Positions 7,973-16,088 of a DNA stretch of 40,881 nucleotides are shown in pieces; the first letter of the stretch is position 1, and every line of letters starts with the position of its first letter. Made by a program: the position numbers and the translations under genes. The notes beneath the pieces are model-generated. The model made no database searches and was not told the origin of the DNA. It saw nothing but the letters and a program-made list of their open reading frames with translations. Origin of the DNA: a bacterium (lineage in GTDB: Bacteria; Oederibacteriota; Muellerivitia; Muellerivitales; Muellerivitaceae); the NCBI GenBank assembly GCA_035541195.1, contig DATKNU010000126.1, forward strand, positions 1 through 40,881. The letters run 5' to 3'.

Positions 7973-9100
7973 TTGAGCGCGACCAAAGCCATCATCGTCG
8001 GGGGCGGGGTCATCGGATTGACGATTGCCCACCACCTGTCCCAAAAAGGCGTTTCCTGCACGGTTCTCGAACGGGGTCCCTTCGCCAAGGAAGCCTCTTG
8101 GGCGGGCGCCGGCTACTTGGATCTGCGGGCCGCGGCCCAAGTCGGGGGCGCTTACTTCGACCTTTGCCGCCTTTCTTACGATCTTTTCCCCGATTGGATC
8201 GATCGGGTGGAGAAGGAAAGCGGCCTCCAAGCTGAATTGGTGGAATCGGGCAGCTTGGACCTGGCTTACGACGACAAGGATGAGGCCGGCCTTCGTTCTC
8301 TGGAAAAGAAATTGCAAAGCCATGGCCTCGGCGGGGAATGGCTCGTCGGGGAAAAGGCCCGCTCCCTGGAGCCCGCGCTTTCGCCGGGTCTCCAAGCGGC
8401 TTTTTTCCTCAAGCAAACGCGCCAAGTGCGTCCGCCCCGCCTGACCCGGGCCCTTTTGGCCGCCCTTCAAAAACGCGGGGTGGTTTTGAGGGAACTCGAG
8501 ATCGTGGAAGGCTTTTTGGCCAAGGGCAACCGCCTTTTCGGGGTAAAAACCAACAAGGGGCTCTTGGAGGCCGATGCGGTCATCCTGGCCACGGGGGCTT
8601 GGAGCGGTTTATGGGGCGAGAAATTCAAGCGTGTCATCCCGGTGAAGCCCGTGCGGGGCCAGGTGATCCTGTTCCAAGCCCGCCCGGGGTTTTTAAGGCA
8701 CATCCTCTTTTCTCCCTTGGCTTATTTGGTTCCCCGCTTGGACGGGCGGCTTTACGTGGGAAGCACCTTGGAGGAAGTGGGGTTTGACAAGTCCAACACT
8801 TCTTGGGGGTTGGAGCGGCTTAAGCGGGGCGCGCTGAAGGCCCTGCCGGCCTTAAGCGACACCTTGATCGAGGACAGTTGGTCGGGTCTTCGGCCCGGCT
8901 CGCCCGATGGTTGGCCTTTCCTGGGAAAACTGCCTGATTGGGAAGGCGTTTGGCTCGCCGCCGGCCACTTCACCCACGGATTGCTTCTGTCCGCCGCCAC
9001 GGGGCAATTGATCGCGCAGGATATTTTGGGGGAAAAACCGACCGTTGAGTTGGGCCCCTTCGCGCTGGGCCGCCGTCCCCACACTTCAGTCGGTCTCTGA
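7973..9100 (+). CDS. FAD-dependent oxidoreductase of the DAO family (glycine / D-amino-acid oxidase, ThiO-like)
   Basis: 375 aa with a TTG start. N-terminal dinucleotide-binding fold KAIIVGGGVIGLTIAHHLSQKGVSCTVLERG. C-terminal GHFTHGLLLSAATGQLIAQ is typical of the DAO family. No thiS/thiG neighbours and no TPP riboswitch motif upstream, so I do not assign thiO. Confidence 0.7.
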   Translation: MSATKAIIVGGGVIGLTIAHHLSQKGVSCTVLERGPFAKEASWAGAGYLDLRAAAQVGGAYFDLCRLSYDLFPDWIDRVEKESGLQAELVESGSLDLAYDDKDEAGLRSLEKKLQSHGLGGEWLVGEKARSLEPALSPGLQAAFFLKQTRQVRPPRLTRALLAALQKRGVVLRELEIVEGFLAKGNRLFGVKTNKGLLEADAVILATGAWSGLWGEKFKRVIPVKPVRGQVILFQARPGFLRHILFSPLAYLVPRLDGRLYVGSTLEEVGFDKSNTSWGLERLKRGALKALPALSDTLIEDSWSGLRPGSPDGWPFLGKLPDWEGVWLAAGHFTHGLLLSAATGQLIAQDILGEKPTVELGPFALGRRPHTSVGL

Positions 9101-9201
9101 TTTTCCATCAGGACCCTGCGGGCGAATTTAGAGCCATCCCCGCCGGGAGGCCTATATAATGAGCGCGCTTTGACGGACTCTTCACTGGCGAAAGGCGGTT
9201 C

Positions 9202-10164
9202 ATGACCCTCCTGCTCACGGGAGCCTATGGTTTTATCGGGGCCCGGGTGGCCCACCGGCTTTTGGCCCGGGGTCAAAAAGACCTTCTCTTGGTGGATAAG
9301 GCCGAATATGCCTCAACCCGCAGTTGCGTGAAGGGCCTGGAATCCCTGCCTTTTTTGGACCGTGACCGGCTGATCGCCGAACTTCCCCGACTGACGAAGG
9401 TGGAGGCGGTCCTCCACTTGGGCGCTTGCACGGACACCGGCAACCACGACCAAGCCTATATGTGGAAGATGAACACGGACTACACCAAAGCCCTCTGGGC
9501 CTGGTGTGCCAAAGCGGGGATTCCCTTGGTGTATGCCTCCAGCGGGGCCACCTATGGCCGGGGGGATGAAGGTTATTCGGACGATCACGCCCATATCCCC
9601 CGATACCGGCCGCTCAACGTCTATGGCCGCAGCAAGCACGAATTCGACCTTTGGGCCTTGGCCCAGACCCAAGCGCCGCCCCGCTGGTATGGGTTGAAAT
9701 TCTTCAACGTTTACGGCATGGACGAGAACCACAAGGGCCGGATGGCCTCCCCGATTTTCCACGGCTTTCACGAGATCCGGAAAACCGGCCGGCAGACCCT
9801 TTTCAAGTCCCATAAAGAAGGCGTGGCCGACGGCGAGCAAAAACGCGACTTCATCTTCGTGGACGACATCGTCGCCCTCTGCCTTTTTTGCCTGGAGGGA
9901 ACCGCCGCCTCCGGCATTTATAATTGCGGCACGGGCCGGGCCCGGACTTTTTTGGACGTCTCGAAGGCGCTTTTCACGGCCTTGGGGCTGGAGCAGAAAA
10001 TCGATTGGGTGGATACGCCGGAGAAATTCCGCGCGGGCTACCAGTATTTCACCGAAGCCCGCATGGACAAAATGCGGGCGGCGGGCTACGCCAAGCCTTT
10101 CTTGACGGTGGAAGAAGGCGTGGCGATTTACGTGAAGTGGCTTTTAGAACAAAAGCAGGCTTAA
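9202..10164 (+). CDS. hldD: ADP-L-glycero-D-manno-heptose 6-epimerase
   Basis: 320 aa, collinear with E. coli HldD/RfaD as I remember it. Motifs: LLLTGAYGFIGARVAHRLL (NAD fold), LVYASSGATYG, RPLNVYGRSKHEFD (YxxxK), FFNVYGMDENHKGRMAS, GIYNCGTGRARTF, and the C-terminal MDKMRAAGYAKPFLTVEEGV. Confidence 0.88.
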   Translation: MTLLLTGAYGFIGARVAHRLLARGQKDLLLVDKAEYASTRSCVKGLESLPFLDRDRLIAELPRLTKVEAVLHLGACTDTGNHDQAYMWKMNTDYTKALWAWCAKAGIPLVYASSGATYGRGDEGYSDDHAHIPRYRPLNVYGRSKHEFDLWALAQTQAPPRWYGLKFFNVYGMDENHKGRMASPIFHGFHEIRKTGRQTLFKSHKEGVADGEQKRDFIFVDDIVALCLFCLEGTAASGIYNCGTGRARTFLDVSKALFTALGLEQKIDWVDTPEKFRAGYQYFTEARMDKMRAAGYAKPFLTVEEGVAIYVKWLLEQKQA

Positions 10165-10307
10165 CGCAAGACAAGCGGTTGGCGACCATGGACGCGGGCA
10201 TAAGCCGATGAAGATAGGAACCTTTTAAATTTTTCTTATCTTTAGGCTTTTTGAACCTGTTCATCATTGTCCATCGCCTTGAATTTAAATTTTTCAGGAG
10301 AGGAACC

Positions 10308-11216
10308 ATGGCGCTTTATCCCGTCGTCCTTCAAACCCAAATCCCCGGCGTGCCCGCGCCCAAGCGCGGCAAAGTGCGGGATATTTATGACCTAGGCGAC
10401 AAGCTGCTCATCGTCACCACGGACCGCATCTCGGCCTTTGACGTGATCCTGCCCAACGGCATCCCGGACAAGGGCGTGGTCCTCAACCAAATTTCCCTTT
10501 ATTGGTTCGACCAAGTGAAGGACATCATCCCCAACCATCTTTTATCCACCGACATTTCCACCTTGCCCGAGCCCTTCCAAAAGGCCAAGGACCAGTTGCA
10601 ATATCGGTCGGTGATCGTGAAAAAAGCCAAACCCTTGGCCGCGGAGTGCATTGTGCGCGGTTATCTGACCGGCTCGGGCCTGAAAGAATATCAAAAGACC
10701 GGGCTGGTTTGCGGCATCGGCTTGCCCCAGGGATTGGTGGAGTCCTCCAGGATCGCCGAGCCCATCTTCACGCCCTCTACCAAGGCCGAGGAAGGCCACG
10801 ACCTCAACATCTCTTTCGACGAGATGAAAAAAATCCTGGGCGACGCCGCCCTGGCCCAAAAAGTCAAGGACGTGAGTTTGGCCATTTATGGCCGGGGCCG
10901 GGACCTGGGCGACGCCAAGGGGATCATCATCGCCGACACCAAGTTCGAGTTCGGCCTCTTGGGGCGGGACCTGATCCTGATCGACGAAGTCCTGACGCCC
11001 GATTCCTCCCGTTTTTGGCCCAAGGCGGATTACCGGGAGGGCGTGTCCCAAAAGAGCTTCGACAAGCAATTCGTGCGGGATTACCTGGAAACGCTTAAAG
11101 GTTGGGATAAGACGCCTCCCGGACCGGTGTTGCCCGAAGAAGTGGTGGAAAAGACCCGGGCTAAATACGTGGAAGCCTACGAGCGTTTGACGGGGAAAAG
11201 CTTCGGGAATTTTTGA
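10308..11216 (+). CDS. purC: Phosphoribosylaminoimidazole-succinocarboxamide (SAICAR) synthase
   Basis: I start it at ATG 10308 (SD CAGGAGAGG) rather than 10251. Motifs: [30 protein letters not shown] and [12 protein letters not shown]. At 302 aa it matches the long-form PurC. Confidence 0.92.
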   Translation: MALYPVVLQTQIPGVPAPKRGKVRDIYDLGDKLLIVTTDRISAFDVILPNGIPDKGVVLNQISLYWFDQVKDIIPNHLLSTDISTLPEPFQKAKDQLQYRSVIVKKAKPLAAECIVRGYLTGSGLKEYQKTGLVCGIGLPQGLVESSRIAEPIFTPSTKAEEGHDLNISFDEMKKILGDAALAQKVKDVSLAIYGRGRDLGDAKGIIIADTKFEFGLLGRDLILIDEVLTPDSSRFWPKADYREGVSQKSFDKQFVRDYLETLKGWDKTPPGPVLPEEVVEKTRAKYVEAYERLTGKSFGNF

Positions 11217-11268
11217 AACCCAGGGGGGCTTGAGATAGAATAAGCCCATTCCAATCCGGGAGGCCAAG

Positions 11269-11748
11269 GTGCACCTATACGCGTTACTTTTCAGCCAGAC
11301 ATGGGCTTGGTGGGCCGGCGGACTGGGGTTGGGGTTGACGGCCTTGGCTTTCGCTTGGTTTACGGGCCAAAAGTTGGGGGTTTCCGGCAACGTGGAGGCC
11401 GTCTGCGCCTATGCGGCGCCCAAGACCAAGGTAGCGCCTTCTTGGCGGGGACTTTGGTTTCTTTTGGGGCTGCCTTTGGGTGGCTTCCTGGCGAACTTGG
11501 GTCATTGGAATTGGACTTGGCTCTATGGCCGGATGGACGGCCTGTCACTGGGCAGTTTTGTATTGAAGGCGGTCCTGCTTTTTATCGGGGGTCTTTTGGT
11601 GGGGTTCGGCGCCCGGTGGGCCGGCGGATGCACCAGCGGTTTCAGCCTCATGGGAATTTCCCGCGGCAATTGGATGGCCCTCTTGGCCACCCTGGGGTTC
11701 CTGGTCTCGGGCGTCATCACCGCCCAAATTCTTTATAAGGTGTTTTAA
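11269..11748 (+). CDS. YeeE/YedE-family membrane protein (sulfur-compound transport-like), first half of a split pair
   Basis: 159 aa with a GTG start and SD GGGAGG. Four hydrophobic segments. The signature is GARWAGGCTSGFSLMGISRG. Confidence 0.75.
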   Translation: MHLYALLFSQTWAWWAGGLGLGLTALAFAWFTGQKLGVSGNVEAVCAYAAPKTKVAPSWRGLWFLLGLPLGGFLANLGHWNWTWLYGRMDGLSLGSFVLKAVLLFIGGLLVGFGARWAGGCTSGFSLMGISRGNWMALLATLGFLVSGVITAQILYKVF

Positions 11749-11749
11749 C

Positions 11750-12205
11750 ATGGCCCCGAAAAAAAAGACCGCCAAGAAAACCGCCGCCCCCCAAGTCCCG
11801 GCTTGGGCCCTGATTTTATTCGGGACCTTGTTCGGTTATTTCCTTTCCAAGTCCCGGGCCACGGATTTTGACACCGTCCTGAACATGTTCCTCTTCACCG
11901 ACACCCAGCTTTACGGGGTGATCGCCGTGGCGGTCATCGTGATCGCCTTGGGTCTTTTCATCTTGGGCCGCAAGCACAAGGCTTTCGCCGCCCAAGTGAA
12001 GGGCTGGGACAACCCTCCCTTGGACCGCAAGCGCCTGATCGGGTCTTTTGTCTTCGGGGCGGGTTGGGCCCTGGCGGGCATCTGCCCGGGAGCGGTTTTC
12101 ACCCAATTGGGCGAGGGAAAACTCAGCGCCCTTTTCGCCCTGGCGGGCCTTTTCGTGGGCGTCTTGGTTTTCCTGAGGGTCGCCCCGAAGCTCCTTAAAA
12201 AATAA
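11750..12205 (+). CDS. YeeE/YedE-family membrane protein, second half of the split pair
   Basis: 151 aa. The ATG lies 1 nt after the upstream stop. Hydrophobic, with GAGWALAGICPGAVFTQLG, the counterpart of the Cys-containing motif in the first half. Confidence 0.7.
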   Translation: MAPKKKTAKKTAAPQVPAWALILFGTLFGYFLSKSRATDFDTVLNMFLFTDTQLYGVIAVAVIVIALGLFILGRKHKAFAAQVKGWDNPPLDRKRLIGSFVFGAGWALAGICPGAVFTQLGEGKLSALFALAGLFVGVLVFLRVAPKLLKK

Positions 12206-12206
12206 T

Positions 12207-12956
12207 TTGGGTTTTTCTCCGAAAAAATTTGGTTGGACCGCCGCCTTGGCCTTAAGCCTGCTGGCCGGGCCCTTAAGCGCCGGCGAGCCCTTTGTTTCCG
12301 CGGACCCGGACGTTTCGCTCGCGCATTTCCCCGATAAAATATTAAGCGACCTGCCCCATGCCCTCGAGGGTCCCAATCCTTGGATCCTCTTGGGCGGGGG
12401 AAGCCTGGCCGCCGCCGATGGTTTTTGCCTGGACCCGCATAATCCCTGGCCTGCGCCGCTTCAGTCCCTGGGGACGCCCGGGCTTTGGAATTTCGGGAAT
12501 TTTTACGGGGAAGGCTGGGTGGAAGGCTTTGGCTCCCTGGGCTGTTGGGCCTGGGGCGGGTTTTCGGGTGACCGCCGGTTGGCCCAATTTGGCCGGGACG
12601 CCAGCCAGTCCTTGCTGATGGCCACCCTCTTGGTCACGGGGCTCAAGTACGCCTTGCCCCGGGAAAGGCCCGACGGCAGCAACAACTTGTCCTTTCCCTC
12701 CGGGCATACCATCACGGCCTTTTGCGTGGCCCCGGTCATCGCCCGCTATGGCGGGGACGAGCTGGGAATCCCGGCTTACGCCTTGGCGGCCCTCACGGGC
12801 TTGGCCCGGGTGGAAGGCGAGCATCATTACCTATCGGATGTTTTAGTGGGCGCGACCCTGGGAGTGGTGGCGGGGAATTTGGCCCTGGACGAAACGAAGA
12901 ATCCGTCGGTTTCCCTGGGCCCGGGCCGGGTTTCGGCCACGCTGGCTTTTAACTAA
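12207..12956 (+). CDS. Secreted/membrane PAP2-family acid phosphatase
   Basis: 249 aa, with a TTG start (uncertain) 1 nt after the previous stop and signal-like WTAALALSLLAGPLSAG. The three PAP2 motifs are GLKYALPRERPDGS, LSFPSGHTITAF and LARVEGEHHYLSDVLVGATLG. Confidence 0.8.
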   Translation: MGFSPKKFGWTAALALSLLAGPLSAGEPFVSADPDVSLAHFPDKILSDLPHALEGPNPWILLGGGSLAAADGFCLDPHNPWPAPLQSLGTPGLWNFGNFYGEGWVEGFGSLGCWAWGGFSGDRRLAQFGRDASQSLLMATLLVTGLKYALPRERPDGSNNLSFPSGHTITAFCVAPVIARYGGDELGIPAYALAALTGLARVEGEHHYLSDVLVGATLGVVAGNLALDETKNPSVSLGPGRVSATLAFN

Positions 12957-14685
12957 TCTTGTCCAACTTTTGAAGTTCTTTTTGAACCTCTTCCATCAGG
13001 GGTTCGATCATCCTTAAGCTGAAATCGAATTGGATTCCGGCGGATTTGAAGATCTCCGGCAAGGTTTGGCTGCCGCCCACCGCCAGGCCTTTTTTATAGG
13101 CCTCCACCCCCGCCCGCCCCTTTTCCCGTACGTTTTTCCAGACCTGCAGGGCCCCCAATTGGGCGATGCCGTACTCAATGTAATAAAAAGGAACCTCGAA
13201 GATGTGCAGCTGGCGGTGCCAAAGCGACCGTCGCGCCTCTTCCAGGCCGGTCCAATCCTCGCCGCCGCCCAAACGATCCCTGAGGGCGATCCAATGATCG
13301 GATCTTTGCGAGGGGGTATGGTCCGGGTGGGTATAGATCCAATGCTGGAAGGCGTCAATGGTGGCGATCCAGGGCAACAGGGTGATCACGTCCTCCAGGT
13401 GCTTGCGGGCCGAGCGGGCCGCGTCCTTCGGGGAAGGGTAAAAGGCCTCCAAGTAGGGGTCGGCCAAGAGTTCCATGCTCATGGAAGCCACCTCGCAAAA
13501 TTCCATGGGCGCGTGGCGGTAAGGGGAAAAGGGGATCGTCCGGGAGGCGAAGGCGTGCAGGGCGTGGCCGCCTTCATGGAGCAAGGTGCGCATATCGCCG
13601 TCCAGTCCCACCGAATTCATGAAGATGAAGGGAAGCCGCGCCTCGGACAAGGTGGTGTTGTAGCCGCCGGGCGCCTTTCCCTTGCGGCTCTCCAGGTCCA
13701 GCAGGCCCAGGTCCCTCATTTTTTGGAAATGGGCGCCGAACTCGGGGTCCACTTGGCCCAAGATTTTTTGGCAACCGGCCGTCAATTGATCCGTGCTCTC
13801 GAAGGGTTTCAAAGGGGCCAGCCCTTGGGGGTCCACCGACAGGTCCCAGGGCCTTAAGGACGGAAGGCCCATCTTTTGGGCGCGTTTTTTTTGGATCTCG
13901 AGCACCAGGGGCCTCACGGCTTTGGCGGCGCTTTCGTGGAAATCCTCGCAGTCCTTCGGGCCGTAGTCGAAACGTTCCTTGCGGCGGAACATGTAGTCGC
14001 GGTAATTGGGGAAGCCGGCGTTTTTCGCGATTTCCCCCCGCAGGCCCCGCATCTCATCAAAGAGGGCCTCGAAAGCGTCCTTGTCCTTCAGGCGCCTTTG
14101 GGCGACCAAACGCCAGGTTTCTTCCCTTTGGCGCCGGTCGGTGGATTCCTGGTATGGGCCCATTTGCTGCAGGGTTTTTTCTTGGCCCTCGTAAACCACC
14201 GTCAAAGAACCGCTGAGCTTTTGGTATTGCTGGGACAACTTGTCGAGCTTCGTTTCAAGGGGGGTATTCTCTTCGCGGTAAAGCGCCAGCTGGTTCTCCA
14301 CGCTGCGGTTATAAAGGCGGAAATCAGCCGCCGAAAGGCCTGTCCGGTGGGGGCACTCCCAGTATTTTTTCATCAAGGCGAAAAAGCGGGGTTTGGCGGG
14401 CTCGGCCACTTCCTCGAGAAATTGGAGATATTGACCCTCGAGGGCGGGGTCGTCGGTTTGACAAGTCATGCGCACATAACGGACCGAACCTTCCTCATCC
14501 AGGGCTTCTTCCAATTCCTGGAGGTCCGCCAACCACTTTTCAAGGTCGTCGGTGGACGAGAGGGGCCTGTGTTCCAGCTCCTCCAAAAGGGGGCGGAGGG
14601 TTTCCCAGGAACCGAGCCTCACTCCCTGGGGCAGGTAATGCCGGGGAAAATCATGGGGAAGTTTTTCGGGGTCAAGCGAGGCCAT
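12949..14685 (-). CDS. M3-family oligoendopeptidase (PepF-like, M3B)
   Basis: Zn motif LLHEGGHALHAF with a downstream Glu (EFCEVASMSMELL). I prefer ATG 14685 (MASLDPEKL...) over the TTG at 14718, but the start is uncertain. The 3' end overlaps the PAP2 gene end by 8 bp (convergent). Confidence 0.85.
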   Translation of the reverse strand: MASLDPEKLPHDFPRHYLPQGVRLGSWETLRPLLEELEHRPLSSTDDLEKWLADLQELEEALDEEGSVRYVRMTCQTDDPALEGQYLQFLEEVAEPAKPRFFALMKKYWECPHRTGLSAADFRLYNRSVENQLALYREENTPLETKLDKLSQQYQKLSGSLTVVYEGQEKTLQQMGPYQESTDRRQREETWRLVAQRRLKDKDAFEALFDEMRGLRGEIAKNAGFPNYRDYMFRRKERFDYGPKDCEDFHESAAKAVRPLVLEIQKKRAQKMGLPSLRPWDLSVDPQGLAPLKPFESTDQLTAGCQKILGQVDPEFGAHFQKMRDLGLLDLESRKGKAPGGYNTTLSEARLPFIFMNSVGLDGDMRTLLHEGGHALHAFASRTIPFSPYRHAPMEFCEVASMSMELLADPYLEAFYPSPKDAARSARKHLEDVITLLPWIATIDAFQHWIYTHPDHTPSQRSDHWIALRDRLGGGEDWTGLEEARRSLWHRQLHIFEVPFYYIEYGIAQLGALQVWKNVREKGRAGVEAYKKGLAVGGSQTLPEIFKSAGIQFDFSLRMIEPLMEEVQKELQKLDKIS

Positions 14686-14748
14686 GGGCCACTTTATCAA
14701 AAGCGAGGGACAAAACAAAGCCGGATGCTTTCGGCCGTGGGGCGGGGT

Positions 14749-14777
14749 TCGACATTTGAGGGAGGGCTGGCTATAAT
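14749..14777 (+). promoter_or_regulatory. Strong sigma70-like promoter TCGACA-17 nt-TATAAT, with the -10 ending 6 nt before the ATG of the nuclease gene (leaderless candidate)
   Basis: -35 TCGACA at 14749-14754, 17-nt spacer, perfect TATAAT at 14772-14777, then ccgccc and the ATG at 14784. Confidence 0.55.
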
Positions 14778-14783
14778 CCGCCC

Positions 14784-15770
14784 ATGACGATTTATTCCTA
14801 TTCCCGCGTGAACACTTACTTCACCTGTCCCGCCCAATTCCAGTTCCGTTACATCCACAAAACCCCGTCACCCGTGGCCGAAGGCATCGAACTTTTTCTG
14901 GGGTCCCGGTTCCATGAATGCATGGAATATCTTTATGGCCTGCTTCCCCAAAGGGTCCCGACGGTCAATGAGTTGCTGGACTATTACCGGGCCCATTGGA
15001 ACCGCAAATGGCAGGAAGCCCTTCAAAAGCAGCGGGAAAGGGGTTTTGCCTCGACGCTTCGGGTGGTGCGCGAGGGCCAGGCCGTCGAGGATTATTACGA
15101 AAAAGGCCAGCTTTACCTGGAAAATTATTACCACAAATACCAACCCTTCGACCAAGACCGGACCCAGGGAATCGAGATGAAGGTGCTCTTCAATTTGGAC
15201 GAGGAAGGCCGCTACCAAATGCAGGGATTCATTGACCGCCTCGGCCGGGACGACACCGGAACTTATTGGATCCATGACTATAAAACCAGCTCGCGGAAAA
15301 TGACCGAGGAAGACGCCAAATTCGAGGACCAATTGGCGCTTTACCAGATCGGGCTTTCCCAGAATCCCAAGGTGGGCCCCGGGGCCAAAGTGAAGCTCGC
15401 TTGGCATTTCGTGGCTTTTGACAAGGACTTGGTGGTCAGCGAGCGCAACGCCAAGGAAACCGAATGGTTGAAGAAAAAATACGTTTCCAAAATCCAGCAG
15501 ATCGAGAAGGCCCGCGAATTTCCCGTCAAGCCCAGCCGCTTATGCGAATGGTGTGAGTACCTTTCCCTCTGCGCGGGCGGGAAAAGCTATTTGGAAAGCA
15601 AAGGTAAAAAAATCGAGGACCTGACGCCGGCCCTTCCGCCCACGCCGCTTACCCCCGAGCCCCAAGCCCCTTCGGCGGGCCTCGGCGGTTCTTTTGGGGC
15701 TTCGTTTTCCCCCAAGGGGCGAAAGAAAGCAAAGTCCTCTCCCTCGTTGGACCAACTCCCTCTTTTCTAA
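14784..15770 (+). CDS. Stand-alone PD-(D/E)XK nuclease of the Cas4/RecB/AddB-nuclease type with a 4-Cys Fe-S cluster signature
   Basis: 328 aa. N-terminal Cys in YFTCPAQFQFRYI, catalytic GFIDRLGRDDTGTYWIHDYKTS, QxxxY in QLALYQIGL, and C-terminal CEWCEYLSLC. A Pro/Ser/Gly/Lys-rich tail follows, ending in SLDQLPLF. Confidence 0.85.
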   Translation: MTIYSYSRVNTYFTCPAQFQFRYIHKTPSPVAEGIELFLGSRFHECMEYLYGLLPQRVPTVNELLDYYRAHWNRKWQEALQKQRERGFASTLRVVREGQAVEDYYEKGQLYLENYYHKYQPFDQDRTQGIEMKVLFNLDEEGRYQMQGFIDRLGRDDTGTYWIHDYKTSSRKMTEEDAKFEDQLALYQIGLSQNPKVGPGAKVKLAWHFVAFDKDLVVSERNAKETEWLKKKYVSKIQQIEKAREFPVKPSRLCEWCEYLSLCAGGKSYLESKGKKIEDLTPALPPTPLTPEPQAPSAGLGGSFGASFSPKGRKKAKSSPSLDQLPLF

Positions 15771-15826
15771 ACCGGGGACAGGAAAAGAGCTAAAAAAACT
15801 TTTAATTCGCTTTTGTTTTTGGGTTT

Positions 15827-15850
15827 TTAGACGGAAAAGAAACTAAAAAC
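15827..15850. repeat. Direct repeat copy 1 (TTAGACGGAAAAGAAACTAAAAAC) in the AT-rich spacer
   Basis: Matches copy 2 at 18 of the first 21 positions. It is followed by hairpin GTGGGT-aaaaatg-ACCCAC (15856-15874) and ATGAACC (15875). Confidence 0.6.
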
Positions 15851-15962
15851 AAAAAGTGGGTAAAAATGACCCACATGAACCTTCCTTTGTAATTTAAAAG
15901 CGATTCAAGTTATGATTCCCTCGATTGAGCGGCTTTTTAAACCCTTAACAATCCATCGGGCC

Positions 15963-15985
15963 TTAGACAGAAAAACAACTAAAGC
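15963..15985. repeat. Direct repeat copy 2 (TTAGACAGAAAAACAACTAAAGC)
   Basis: Lies 136 bp downstream of copy 1. It is followed by ATGAACC (15995) and hairpin ACCCCA-cttggat-TGGGGT (15999-16017). Confidence 0.6.
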
Positions 15986-16088
15986 GGACATCGGATGAAC
16001 CCCACTTGGATTGGGGTATAAACGTTAAACCGATTTTCGCGGCAAGTTACGGTTCCAGACTTATCTTTATTATTAAACGGAGAACCCT

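Noticed and set aside
10502-11098. Same-strand alternative-frame ORFs rich in Arg/Pro/Gly, such as 10502-11098 within purC, 35197-35874 within the CDF gene, 8338-8787 within the DAO gene and 28226-28753 within addB
   Set aside because: These are typical out-of-frame products of GC-rich coding DNA, with no starts supported by an SD and no motifs. I see no evidence for overprinting.
14784-16088. Possibility that the Cas4-like nuclease plus the downstream repeats mark a CRISPR-Cas locus
   Set aside because: There are only two imperfect 21-24-nt repeats, 136 bp apart, with no regular repeat-spacer periodicity. No cas1, cas2 or effector genes occur anywhere in the window. The nuclease is better explained as a stand-alone RecB/AddB-type PD-(D/E)XK enzyme.
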